DNA from: a virus
DNA length: 64,000 nt
Reading direction: 5' to 3' (one strand)
IMG/VR virus record: IMGVR_UViG_3300012936_000003
Location: 1-64,000 of that record
In this document: piece after piece, positions 1-9,547 of the stretch
Layout of the letters: the number at the start of each line of letters is the position of its first letter
How positions within the stretch are numbered: the first letter of the stretch is position 1
The notes under the pieces: model-generated
What the model was told of the DNA's origin: nothing
Databases searched by the model: none
What the model saw: the letters and a program-made list of their open reading frames with translations, nothing else
Program-made: the position numbers and the translations under genes

Positions 1-192
1 AAACTCCACTTTCTCTAGCTCAGAAGAAATTCTTTCTAATCTTTGACTTATCTTGTGAAGCTGTTCTAAATATTCTTCTTCTTTTTCGTCGGTCCAGTGA
101 GAACGTGGATCCTCTATAGCTTCGCTTCCGTACTTTTCAGCGATGGCTTTCTCCAACGCCGCAATCGTATCAAAATCTTTTTTCTTAGACAT
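1..192 (-). CDS. Hypothetical phage protein, 3' end truncated by the window edge
   Basis: ATG at 192-190 overlaps the TAA of the upstream gene. It reads MSKKKDFDTIAALEKAIAEKYGSEAIEDPRSHWTDEKEEEYLEQLHK... with no stop before position 1. Confidence 0.75.
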   Translation of the reverse strand, partial: MSKKKDFDTIAALEKAIAEKYGSEAIEDPRSHWTDEKEEEYLEQLHKISQRLERISSELEKVEF

Positions 193-704
193 TATCTAAC
201 CCCCGGTTCCAATGCATAAACGAGACCAACGGTGAGAGCACAACCTGCTGCAAACGACAAAACCGCCCAAAGCGGTGTCAAATCTTTTTTTCTATTCTGT
301 TCAAGCTCAAGCATAAGGTTGTTGCTCCTTTCTAGTTCGGACTCTAAGAATTTTATTTGACCAGCCTGTACGTCAATTTTATATTGATATTGCAACTCGT
401 TTAATCTTAACCTCTCTCCTAAATAGAGTTCATATCTTTTCTGCATGAACTCATACTCCGTGGTGATCCTAGCGAAAGAATCTGGGGCTAGAATATAGAG
501 ATCCATTGAGGCTGTCAGTTTCTGTCCTTTCTTCAGTATAGAGTAAGAGAACTTTGGCATCTCAAGATTAAGATCTGAGCCAATGGGCGCACTCTCGTCT
601 ACTGGTCTATTTGCTGGTTCTTGGGCATGTGAAGCGACTGGTGCTAAGACTAAACCGCAACAGATCGCAGGAATTAAAATATTATTTTTTAAAAAAGAAA
701 ACAT
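192..704 (-). CDS. Secreted coiled-coil protein with C-terminal TM helix (possible spanin-like lysis accessory)
   Basis: N-terminal signal peptide (…LVLAPVASHA|QEP), central coiled coil, C-terminal hydrophobic helix WAVLSFAAGCALTVGLVYAL. Confidence 0.6.
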   Translation of the reverse strand: MFSFLKNNILIPAICCGLVLAPVASHAQEPANRPVDESAPIGSDLNLEMPKFSYSILKKGQKLTASMDLYILAPDSFARITTEYEFMQKRYELYLGERLRLNELQYQYKIDVQAGQIKFLESELERSNNLMLELEQNRKKDLTPLWAVLSFAAGCALTVGLVYALEPGVR

Positions 705-1117
705 TACTCCACCTTTCCGAATCTGCTCGGGTCAACCATGTCAAGAAATGGAAACACCTCTTGAATATCTTTTGCAATCTCTTGCTTTTCTTCTTCAGAA
801 GCAGCCGTAGAAAAAGCCTCAAGCCTCTCTGTCAATTTCTTTTCCTGTTTCTTAGAAAGTTGTTCGCCCTTTTCAGCAGCAACTTTTTTCGCTTCTTCAA
901 CATCTGCGATAAACTTCTCTGTCAACTCACGTGCCTTTTCGTCACGCTCCCGTCTCGCTTCATTAGACTCTTTCTTATTCTCCAAAACAATCTGAGTTGA
1001 GTCGTCTTCACGATTGAGAACAAGGGTCAGAATGAGAGTGAAGATGCCGCCGATAGCGGCACCCACGATAAGAAGGTTCTCTTTAGCCCAATTGTAGGCA
1101 TCTTTTAAAAACAACAT
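704..1117 (-). CDS. N-terminal membrane-anchored coiled-coil protein (i-spanin/Rz-like topology), 137 aa
   Basis: Start moved to MLFLKD (ATG 1117), after a purine-rich RBS and just past the upstream stop. One TM (LLIVGAAIGGIFTLILTLVL) followed by a charged helical tail. Confidence 0.6.
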   Translation of the reverse strand: MLFLKDAYNWAKENLLIVGAAIGGIFTLILTLVLNREDDSTQIVLENKKESNEARRERDEKARELTEKFIADVEEAKKVAAEKGEQLSKKQEKKLTERLEAFSTAASEEEKQEIAKDIQEVFPFLDMVDPSRFGKVE

Positions 1118-1118
1118 C

Positions 1119-1379
1119 TTACTCTCCCCCTTCAACCATCTTCTTTGCCTCTCGTCGCATCTTGATAACTTGGCTCTCCAAGGTGTCGCCCTTCTTCCAC
1201 TGGGTTGCAATATCCACCAAAGCCTGTGTTCCAATATATGCGAGCGTGATTGCAGTCCAGTTGTCGCTTGTTACGCTACCGACCCAACACAAACCAGTTG
1301 CGGTAATCCACGCCAAGAATTTTCTTGAAATGAAACGCTCCATATGTTTGTCTAGAAATGCTTTTGCTCGTGCCATCAT
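1119..1379 (-). CDS. Small membrane protein, holin-like
   Basis: 86 aa with SRKFLAW followed by two hydrophobic segments and a basic C-tail. GGAGG RBS at 1390-1386; Met-Met start. Confidence 0.55.
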   Translation of the reverse strand: MMARAKAFLDKHMERFISRKFLAWITATGLCWVGSVTSDNWTAITLAYIGTQALVDIATQWKKGDTLESQVIKMRREAKKMVEGGE

Positions 1380-1395
1380 AAAGACCCTCCTAACA

Positions 1396-1405
1396 TATAA
1401 ATAGG
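1396..1405 (-). promoter_or_regulatory. Putative late promoter CCTATTTATA
   Basis: Intergenic, directly upstream of the holin-like gene RBS. The same motif recurs before other operon starts. Confidence 0.55.
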
Positions 1406-1408
1406 GGG

Positions 1409-4400
1409 TTAGTGCCTAACCGATGCAAAGTTTTTTCTCTTTTCAATAGAAATTTGAGAATCTACCGCATCCTTCAAGCTCTCAAGGTGGGAGATAAGCA
1501 AGACCGTTTTAAAATTAGATTTAACCAAATCCAAGATCCTAATAAAGCCTTCCATGTTTTCTTCGTCTAATGCGGTGCCCGGTTCGTCCAGAATGAACAG
1601 ATCGCCCTTTGGCAAACTAGATACGTTTAGTAGGGCGAGGCGAATCGCCATAGCAGCAATAGTCTTCTCTGCACCTGAACCCATCTCCAATGGGCGAGCA
1701 TCATACTTGGGATGCTTGATGAAAATATCAAGTTTCTTTTCCTCGTTCTCAAGATACACTTCAAAATCTACAATATTAGCCAACACACTAGCGATTTCTT
1801 CGTTCAAGACCGGTAGCTTGTTTTTAATAATGTCCAAGCTAATGCCATTCGTGTGCATACAACTCATGAACAAGTCATACGCAGAGAAATCATCTCGTGC
1901 TTCCCGCAACTCAACCTGTTGTGACTCAAGATCTTCTTTCTTTTGCCCCAAAGAGCCGTTGTCTCGGTAGAGTTCCATGAGAGCAGAGTCACATTGGTCA
2001 ATTTCATCCTCAAATTTAGAAATATTTTTCAAAATCGTGCTGTTTTCAGAAACCAGACCCTCTAGATTCTCAATAACTTCTCTATTCTCCTCATACTCGG
2101 TTATTAGGCGCAAATTTTGCTCCAATTCGCTCTTGTGTTTGAGAATTTGATTCTTATTCTTAGCAATGTTCAGTTCCATCTTGCCGACCACGCTCTGAGC
2201 TTCTGTTTTCTTTTGTAACACCTGCGTGTGTTTACTAATGAAGCCAGAAACCCTCTCTGGTTCAAGGTTTTGAAGCGCCTGAGATGAATTTGTTCTATTA
2301 CGACGCATCTCGTTTAACTTGGTGCGTGTCAAACCCACCGTCTCAAGGGCGGCGAACGCATCTTTTATGAAACGACATTGAGGATATTGTTCGCCACAAG
2401 GCACCTGATCCAATAACTGGATTTTTCGTTCTTCAACCTTCAGGTAAGTCTCCACCTTGTTAATTTCCGAAATCAAATCTGACAGATCGTCGTTCATGTC
2501 TGTAATTAACTTTTGTTTTGACTCGTATTCTTCAATGTTTGACTCCGACAAAACAGCATCAATCTTGTTAATGAGTTCAACATTCGCCTTCTTGGTCTGC
2601 CCGTACCTCTTGTTTTCAGAATCAAGAGAAGAAATCTTAGATTCCAGACTCTCAATTTTGCTGCGGACCTTATCATCATCAATGATGGTCGCTGGACATG
2701 CTCCAATTTGTTCTTGCAATTCTAGAGAACGCTGCCTTGAGTCTGCAACCTGTTGTCTCAACACTGCACAACGATCTTTTTGTTCTACAATCTCCTGATT
2801 GTGCTCCTCAAGCAGTTGGGTCACTTGATCAATTTCTTCTGTAAAGTTAATATTTTCTAGTCGCTTGATTGCACCTCTTATATCTGAGGCATCGTCCTTC
2901 GCTAATTTAAACTTATCATCAAAAATCTCCAAGTCAAGAAATTTTGCTAAAATCTCTTTTCTCTTAGTAGACCCCTCGGAAATAAACGCAAGCGAACCTA
3001 GCTGGGTTGCCATTGAGGTTAAGAAGAAATCATCTATTGTCCCAAAATACTTACGAATGTTCTTGTCTGTTCCGTTCCTATCTAAACCATTTAAAGATTC
3101 CATCTCTCCCGTCACGCTGTTTACAGCCCAGAAGTTAAGGTCCGTCTTAGCTTCCAAAGACTCCACACCCTTCAACTTCTTAACGTATTTTTCGCAACGT
3201 CTCTCAACGTGAAGTATGTTGTCTCCGACTTCAATCTCCACCTTTCCACGACCCCAAGTACAATCTTGATTAATGGTGTTCAGGTTCTTGCGATTACCCT
3301 TTGACGTTGTATTGTAGAGGGTGAAAAGCAAACTATCAATGATTGAAGATTTACCAGAAAAGTTCTTGCCAAAGATTCCGATGATACCATTTAAATCTTC
3401 AAAATCAATTTTGTTTCCCTCTCCATAGTTGAACAGGTTATCCCACTCAAGTTTTCGGATACGCCAGTTGATGTTCCTCATTACCACTTCGGAGTCTTCA
3501 ACAATCTTATTGTACTTTTTGTTCAGTTCGTACACCCTGTTCAGTACATCGCTAGATGTATTGTAGTCTTCCAGATACTCCTTTATAAATTTCTCCTGTA
3601 CGGCAATGTCTCGGAGATCTTCTTGCACGAAGCTACCATTAATATCTACAGATCCCCGAACGTCGTTTGCTTTGTTTAGGAATGTAATTGATGAAGGATT
3701 AAATCTTTTCTTCGCTGCGTCAATCGCCCTCTTTAGTTTGGAAAGGGGAATACTGTAGTTTGACACGAGTCGCAGTCGTGCACCGTCTGGGATGGTTGCC
3801 TTGTTGGGGATCCTACCCGTCTTTGTCAATTGCAGAGTGACAAAAGGCTTTGGATTCTTCAAGACGTAATGCTCAACAGAGAAATCATCTTTGCCCTGAA
3901 TGTCCCAAAGCAAGAATCCCTTGTCGTCAGTTTCCCCATGGTTCTGTTGAATAGTGGAACCGGGATACCGAACACGACCTTCTCCATCAAGAATCTGATT
4001 GGTCTTGTGAATATCTCCCAACATTGCGTAATCAAAATCACTAAACACAGAAATGTCATGGTCGCCATGATCCATAACCCAGCCGGTGTCGGTCACAACA
4101 CCTGACACGGCTCCGTGGTAAAGAGCAATATTAATCTTGTCTGTATTTGTGGGCGCAACCCAGTTTTCTTCATCAAAAACACTGAGTACGTTTAGAACGA
4201 TGCCATCACCAATTTCAGTCTCGCCTGCATCCTTTAGCAAGTGAAGGTTGTCTTTCTGAAGCGCATCAATGATGGGGGTAATCGCATCTTGCCGACCAGA
4301 ATTCTTTAAGTTTCCGTCGTGGTTTCCGAGAATAATATATGTAGGTGCAATGTCGGCAAGATTCTTAAAGAAGCTCGCAGCCATCTCAACAAACTCTGGT

Positions 4401-4561
4401 GAGATTTGCGTCTTGGTGTGTGCAATATCTCCGCAGTGAACGATGTAATCTACATCTTTATCTCTCAAGATTTGATAAAGGCTTTCAAACGCTGCCCTGT
4501 ATTCTTCATGATACTTTAAATTTCGGATATGGGTATCCGCAATGTGTGCTACCTTAGCCAT
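1409..4561 (-). CDS. Fused Mre11/SbcD nuclease - Rad50/SbcC ATPase (T4 gp47-gp46-like)
   Basis: Metallophosphoesterase motifs (HIADTH, HCGD, LGNHD, GDIH), Walker A GKNFSGKSS, long coiled coil with central CGEQYPQC, signature GSGAEK, Walker B FILDEP, H-loop LISH. Confidence 0.92.
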   Translation of the reverse strand: MAKVAHIADTHIRNLKYHEEYRAAFESLYQILRDKDVDYIVHCGDIAHTKTQISPEFVEMAASFFKNLADIAPTYIILGNHDGNLKNSGRQDAITPIIDALQKDNLHLLKDAGETEIGDGIVLNVLSVFDEENWVAPTNTDKINIALYHGAVSGVVTDTGWVMDHGDHDISVFSDFDYAMLGDIHKTNQILDGEGRVRYPGSTIQQNHGETDDKGFLLWDIQGKDDFSVEHYVLKNPKPFVTLQLTKTGRIPNKATIPDGARLRLVSNYSIPLSKLKRAIDAAKKRFNPSSITFLNKANDVRGSVDINGSFVQEDLRDIAVQEKFIKEYLEDYNTSSDVLNRVYELNKKYNKIVEDSEVVMRNINWRIRKLEWDNLFNYGEGNKIDFEDLNGIIGIFGKNFSGKSSIIDSLLFTLYNTTSKGNRKNLNTINQDCTWGRGKVEIEVGDNILHVERRCEKYVKKLKGVESLEAKTDLNFWAVNSVTGEMESLNGLDRNGTDKNIRKYFGTIDDFFLTSMATQLGSLAFISEGSTKRKEILAKFLDLEIFDDKFKLAKDDASDIRGAIKRLENINFTEEIDQVTQLLEEHNQEIVEQKDRCAVLRQQVADSRQRSLELQEQIGACPATIIDDDKVRSKIESLESKISSLDSENKRYGQTKKANVELINKIDAVLSESNIEEYESKQKLITDMNDDLSDLISEINKVETYLKVEERKIQLLDQVPCGEQYPQCRFIKDAFAALETVGLTRTKLNEMRRNRTNSSQALQNLEPERVSGFISKHTQVLQKKTEAQSVVGKMELNIAKNKNQILKHKSELEQNLRLITEYEENREVIENLEGLVSENSTILKNISKFEDEIDQCDSALMELYRDNGSLGQKKEDLESQQVELREARDDFSAYDLFMSCMHTNGISLDIIKNKLPVLNEEIASVLANIVDFEVYLENEEKKLDIFIKHPKYDARPLEMGSGAEKTIAAMAIRLALLNVSSLPKGDLFILDEPGTALDEENMEGFIRILDLVKSNFKTVLLISHLESLKDAVDSQISIEKRKNFASVRH

Positions 4562-4574
4562 GCAATCTCCTATT

Positions 4575-5522
4575 CTAAAAGAACATTTCTATTTTTTTTC
4601 TCTGCCAGTAACCTTGGTCAACTGGCACAGCCTTATCCTTTCTATCAGAAAATTCGCTTTTGCTCATTTCGCCAACATCAGAATAAGGGTTTATATTCAC
4701 TTTGTATAATTCTACATCATAATCTAAAAATTGTTTAATTATTTCTAACGCCTTCTTTTCAGCGTCCGCATCAAGCGCAAGAAAAACTGGTGTGTCGTTC
4801 TCAACCACTCGTCGCACAAGTGCCGATCCTTCTCTTAGGGAAGTCCCCAAGATTGGAACCGAGTTGCCAGCAACGATGGCATCAAATACGCCCTCAACTA
4901 TTATAAGGTCCGAGTCCCAATCTATATACAGATCGTTAAATACCAAATCCCTGCTGACAGGAGGAGCAAGATATTTGCGCCAATCACCGGTATAAGATCT
5001 TGCGATAAAATAGTCAACACCGCCATGCATATCAAACGAGGGAATTACAATCCTACCCTCATATTCTCCCGTTGGACAATAGCCAATCTTCCATCGTAAA
5101 ATATCCTCCTTGGAAACGCCACGCTTGTGTAGAAAATTTAACGCAGGGATCGCAGACCTCGGAAGTGTTGAGGATGTGAGCGTTTTGAAATCCTCTGGGA
5201 GTGTGACTTTTGCCTTCTCCTGTCCTGAAGCACCGAACAGCTTCTCCACCAACAAAGAGTCAAACGAAGAAAGTTCTACCTTTCCGCACAGCTTGTCCCA
5301 AGACTTTAGCTGTTGAAAGTTTCCATAACTTCTGACTACACGACGAACACTGCTGCCACGGTAATCGCAAATCCAGCACTTAAACTTGTCCTTCTCAACG
5401 TTGATTGATAGTTTGTTCTTGTGGTGATTGCACTTTGGACAGTGATACAGTCTCTCGGAACCAGACTTGAAAGAGTCTCCAAGTATGTCTTTTAAGATTT
5501 TTGTTTTTTCTCTAGATGACAC
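4575..5522 (-). CDS. DNA primase (zinc finger + TOPRIM)
   Basis: CPKC..H and KCWIC zinc-binding domain; RIVIPSFD, IARS, KYL, IVEGVFDA and LALDADA TOPRIM motifs. Confidence 0.9.
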   Translation of the reverse strand: MSSREKTKILKDILGDSFKSGSERLYHCPKCNHHKNKLSINVEKDKFKCWICDYRGSSVRRVVRSYGNFQQLKSWDKLCGKVELSSFDSLLVEKLFGASGQEKAKVTLPEDFKTLTSSTLPRSAIPALNFLHKRGVSKEDILRWKIGYCPTGEYEGRIVIPSFDMHGGVDYFIARSYTGDWRKYLAPPVSRDLVFNDLYIDWDSDLIIVEGVFDAIVAGNSVPILGTSLREGSALVRRVVENDTPVFLALDADAEKKALEIIKQFLDYDVELYKVNINPYSDVGEMSKSEFSDRKDKAVPVDQGYWQRKKIEMFF

Positions 5523-6031
5523 CTAACACCCGCTTTTGCTATAATAATGCTGTCAGCACGATCATACGTTCCGGGAACGGGATTACCATGCTTAGTAACA
5601 TCATAACTGAAATCTGGTTCATTGTCAAGTAAAAAATTTAAAATATGTTGTTTAATATTTGTGGTCTTCGGTCTCTTTCCAACACCGCATAAAGATCTTG
5701 CCTCGTTTGCAGAGACAAATTCAGGGTTTACGCCTAGCGTGTCTTTAACTAACCATCCTACTATACCATTAAAACGAGCCAATGTCAAGATAGTTTTTGC
5801 AGAAGATTTTCCACGACTAATCCAGAGTGGTGACTCAATATAAACTTCTTCTATAGTATACTGTTCTCCCAACCCTGTCAAGAGTTTTTTTACTTCTTCT
5901 GCTTTCGCAAAAAGGTCAGGAAATTTTTTTTTGTTCTGAAGCCTCCAAGCCTCACAGTAAAGAACTTCTTCTTTTAGGTTGAGGACCGAAGCGCCTGTTA
6001 TTGATGTTGAAACATCTAACCCTAGTATCAT
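5492..6031 (-). CDS. RuvC-like Holliday junction resolvase
   Basis: N-terminal ILGLDVSTSITG, VYIE and C-terminal DRADSIIIA acidic catalytic pattern. Confidence 0.85.
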   Translation of the reverse strand: MILGLDVSTSITGASVLNLKEEVLYCEAWRLQNKKKFPDLFAKAEEVKKLLTGLGEQYTIEEVYIESPLWISRGKSSAKTILTLARFNGIVGWLVKDTLGVNPEFVSANEARSLCGVGKRPKTTNIKQHILNFLLDNEPDFSYDVTKHGNPVPGTYDRADSIIIAKAGVRCHLEKKQKS

Positions 6032-7290
6032 TAAAAATCCAATTTAAGTTTAAATGTAAATTCTCTGTCCTCTGTTTTCAGAATTGGCTTTGCCAGTTTG
6101 GCAATTGCAATAAGATTTTTCTTGTCGTCATAAATACCAATTTTAGAAATCCATGTCTGTTTCTTGAACTCCGGAGGAGGATCGTTGTAGGGAGAATACA
6201 CCGTATTCTTAATTTCAATATTGTCTCTCTCGGTGTAATTAATCTCTCCACTATAACTCATTCTAACACCTTCTTGTCCTTTTGTTAAATAAGTTGGGTT
6301 GTTTGAATGATTTAATTCGCCCTTCTTTGCATGGGCAAGCATCGTGATCGTAGGAATATAGTTTGTGCCACGCATCTTCAAACCGTAGCTTGAGTTGATA
6401 ACGGAAGTATTAGTTTCTTCAGGAACCCATTCAGGATCCTCGCAAACACCTGTCTCTGGATCACAATATCCAAGGGTTCCCCAATAAATCCACTTTGGAT
6501 TGTCCACCTGTGGATGATCTTCATCGTCAAGAACCTCGGGGCAGTATATGTACCTCTCCTCAATGTCATCGTCAAGCGACCAGTCACCAGTGAGGATAAT
6601 GAATCCTTCGTTGTATAGCGCCACACCTGCAACACGACCTAATCCATTCTCGCCTACCGTCTGGACAAGTTCCCCATTGCGGTTAACATCTTCTAGCCTT
6701 GCAACGAGAGAGCCATGAACGTAATAGTCCATCTGAATCGTTCCTCTCTCCACACAGGAACCATAGAAAATAGAAGGGATGCTGATGAGAGTCAGATCGT
6801 CTTTCATAAAATCTTTTTCCCCACCCTCAAAGGCAAAACAGGGACTCATCGTTTTATAGTAGTTTAGCGTATTCTTCAGGGCAGTTAATCTAGGTCTGTT
6901 TTTACCGCACACATCATAGAAGTCTCCATCTTCTGAAACGTACCGCTCCACAGAGATGGTGGTTGCCAAAGGATAGCTGCCACTCATAACGTCGCCATAC
7001 GCAAAGCTCTGGAATGCTGTCGTTGAAACCGTGCTAAATGACATTGCTGTTCCGTCTTTGGTAATAAACGGATAAATTAAATCTTCTTCTTTTCGGTCAA
7101 CATTGATTTCGTAAAGACTTAAAAACCCAGATGGAACATGTTTGACGTTTCCACCGTCGCCATGAACTTGCGGCTCGGGGATCTCACCGTTGTAATAGAT
7201 CTTTCTATTGTGAATTAAAAACTCAACATCTGGGTGAGTTTCTATTACGTTGTGAAAAATATCATTGCTCGTGAATTTGTAAAACGGCAT
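6031..7290 (-). CDS. Virion baseplate/fibre-attachment protein (paralog of 7305-8507)
   Basis: C-terminal NHSNNPTY…ISKIGIYD…LIAIAKLAKPILK…FKLKLDF resembles the C-half of phage tail-collar domains; lies in the tail block. Confidence 0.6.
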   Translation of the reverse strand: MPFYKFTSNDIFHNVIETHPDVEFLIHNRKIYYNGEIPEPQVHGDGGNVKHVPSGFLSLYEINVDRKEEDLIYPFITKDGTAMSFSTVSTTAFQSFAYGDVMSGSYPLATTISVERYVSEDGDFYDVCGKNRPRLTALKNTLNYYKTMSPCFAFEGGEKDFMKDDLTLISIPSIFYGSCVERGTIQMDYYVHGSLVARLEDVNRNGELVQTVGENGLGRVAGVALYNEGFIILTGDWSLDDDIEERYIYCPEVLDDEDHPQVDNPKWIYWGTLGYCDPETGVCEDPEWVPEETNTSVINSSYGLKMRGTNYIPTITMLAHAKKGELNHSNNPTYLTKGQEGVRMSYSGEINYTERDNIEIKNTVYSPYNDPPPEFKKQTWISKIGIYDDKKNLIAIAKLAKPILKTEDREFTFKLKLDF

Positions 7291-7304
7291 AACTGAAACT
7301 CCTC

Positions 7305-8507
7305 TTAGTAGTCCAGTCTCACCCTCAATACCATCTCGTTCGTTGGGTCTTTTCTCAAGACCTCTGAAAGTTTCGCAACAGCCAACAGTTCATTGTCAGC
7401 AGAATACAAGCCGACAGTAGAGATATACGAAACCGGTGCATCTTCAGTGTTTTCCTTAACACGAACCTTGCTGTCCTGTAGGTATGTAGGGTTTGAACTG
7501 TAGTTAAAGTCATTGTGGTTAATTCTACAGAAATAGATCGTAGAATTCAACTCGGTAGTGTTGTTGAACGCCAACCTTTCAATTCTTCTTCTAAGAGAGT
7601 CACATGCAGTTGGAATATCTTCTTGCTGAAGCAACTCGGTCACCCCAAGCGGAGCGCCCGCCTCATTAATATGCATGACAGGAGCTTCTGCTGCTGCACC
7701 AACACCATCATCAACTACAAACAGTTTGCCCTCTGGGCTGTCATCCGCATCGTACTTTTTGAAAATGTCTGCCGACAAAACAATAACACCTGCTTGGTAG
7801 TAGATCAGTCCGCATCTTTGATTAATATCTGAAGATTCATAATTAAAGGCTGGTTCATCTTCAGTCGGAGTACCGTCCTCCTCAAAGGTGATATGCTGTC
7901 TACACTTTAAGATTCCGTAATCACCTGCCGGTGAATTTACCCGGTAATCATTGGCAGCGCCTTCGTCGGAAATCATTAAAATTCTTCGCAACCCTTCACG
8001 CTGTGCCTCTTGCTCATACGCCTGACTTACGTCAAGATGAATGTGGCAAGAACCCTTTTTAATTTCGTCCTTGTTTAATAGTCTTGCAGCACTGATGATA
8101 AACACGTCATTTAGTTTTGCTCCGCCCTCTAGGATGTTGCCATCCTCATCAAACCTAGAGATGTTTCCTGATGTGTCGTGCCCGACAAGCACCTGCGCCA
8201 TCTGTTGATAAATTCTAAACTTCTTGGGTAGAGAAACGTCATCCTCTCCAACCTTGTCAGATACAGTCGTCAAACCCATGGTAAGATCAAAAATGTGGTT
8301 TGCTGAAGAACTTAGGTATGGATAATCATACACGCTCTGGAACATCCTGTGTGGATAATTCTTGATGTTGGTGTCTTCTTCGCTACCAACGGCAGGTTCT
8401 GCGTAGGTGCCGAAAAGAATTCCACCATGAACGGGAATTGCCTCATGGAGCAACGTCCGAGTCGTCGCAATGTCATCGTTCAAAAAAGTTTTAAATACTG
8501 TCGCCAT
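7305..8507 (-). CDS. Virion baseplate/fibre-attachment protein (paralog of 6031-7290)
   Basis: C-terminal NYSSNPTY…ISTVGLYS…LLAVAKLSEVLRK…LRVRLDY; shares a GxxxYxxGxIxL motif with its neighbour. Confidence 0.6.
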   Translation of the reverse strand: MATVFKTFLNDDIATTRTLLHEAIPVHGGILFGTYAEPAVGSEEDTNIKNYPHRMFQSVYDYPYLSSSANHIFDLTMGLTTVSDKVGEDDVSLPKKFRIYQQMAQVLVGHDTSGNISRFDEDGNILEGGAKLNDVFIISAARLLNKDEIKKGSCHIHLDVSQAYEQEAQREGLRRILMISDEGAANDYRVNSPAGDYGILKCRQHITFEEDGTPTEDEPAFNYESSDINQRCGLIYYQAGVIVLSADIFKKYDADDSPEGKLFVVDDGVGAAAEAPVMHINEAGAPLGVTELLQQEDIPTACDSLRRRIERLAFNNTTELNSTIYFCRINHNDFNYSSNPTYLQDSKVRVKENTEDAPVSYISTVGLYSADNELLAVAKLSEVLRKDPTNEMVLRVRLDY

Positions 8508-8521
8508 TTCTTATTGTCTCC

Positions 8522-9475
8522 TTAACTCTTGAGCTTAACGAATCTTACAGGAACGTCAACACTGTATCCGGTTGTGGCACCACTTACTCTAACGATAGAA
8601 TCAATAAACTGATATTCGTTTCCATCAACATCGGTAGACTCGTTTCCAAGTTTGTCAAATAAATAACTGCTGGTGTTCAACTCAAGAGAAGAACGAATCT
8701 TAAACATGATCATTGTCCCTCTCGGACCACGAATCACTTGTGAATTTGCTTCCGGGTTTCTCTCTTGGTTCTCTTGTACGAACGCTGCGTCTTGACCAGC
8801 AGAAAGATAATAGCTGGCAACGTTATCATCGTCAATGTAGGACACAGACGCTTGCTCTGTCCCTGTTTGATCTAGAATTGTTCCGAATCTATTGTCAATC
8901 TCAATAATATATTGTGTCTCGTTTAGGTCATGGTCAATGACGAACCTTGAAGAAATGTCTTCCGTGTCAAGCCCTTGATCAATTCTACAATAAGAACCTG
9001 CGGCACCGGTAGATTCACCAAACATGATACCATCACGTGGGTTTCCACCGCCGTCGTATCCAAAGACCTGCTCTGTGTCGTTGTCTACAGCACAAACGAA
9101 CGCTCTGCTTCCAGCAAATAAGTCAGAGTTCATTTTTGCTGACTGGGTAACAGACTCATTAATTTTCATAACTGGCAAAAAGAGAAGATTTGTTCTAGGG
9201 ATGGAGATCAGCTTAGACTTCATTGAAGAAGTATTATTAGTGAACGCCTCCAATACAGGGGTCATCAAAATATCCAAATCGTAATACGCACTTCCACTTG
9301 GGTGTGCTCCTTCTGGGTGGTTGCTGTTCCTGTAAAGACTATAGTCCACCTCGTCATCACCAAGGGCAAACTTCGCAATTCTGAACGAACCATCCCCCTT
9401 GGCTAACCTTGCTCTGCCGGTGTCTGTTAATACGGCATCAAGTATAATATCCCCTGAGTTATCTAAAAACGCCAT
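8522..9475 (-). CDS. Virion structural protein with tail-collar-like N-terminus
   Basis: MAFLDNSGDIILDAVLTDTGRARLAKG…IAKFALGDDEVDY; AGGAG RBS; preceded by two copies of the late-promoter motif. Confidence 0.6.
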   Translation of the reverse strand: MAFLDNSGDIILDAVLTDTGRARLAKGDGSFRIAKFALGDDEVDYSLYRNSNHPEGAHPSGSAYYDLDILMTPVLEAFTNNTSSMKSKLISIPRTNLLFLPVMKINESVTQSAKMNSDLFAGSRAFVCAVDNDTEQVFGYDGGGNPRDGIMFGESTGAAGSYCRIDQGLDTEDISSRFVIDHDLNETQYIIEIDNRFGTILDQTGTEQASVSYIDDDNVASYYLSAGQDAAFVQENQERNPEANSQVIRGPRGTMIMFKIRSSLELNTSSYLFDKLGNESTDVDGNEYQFIDSIVRVSGATTGYSVDVPVRFVKLKS

Positions 9476-9497
9476 GTGCTTTTTTCTCCTTGCTAAA

Positions 9498-9525
9498 AAT
9501 AATTAGTTTCTTCTGCATAAATAGT
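9498..9525 (-). promoter_or_regulatory. Tandem putative late promoter motifs (ACTATTTATG, ACTAATTATT)
   Basis: Two motif copies at 9516-9525 and 9498-9507 in the intergenic gap before the 9475 start. Confidence 0.5.
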
Positions 9526-9547
9526 CCAAAACCCGTAAATTAAAATG

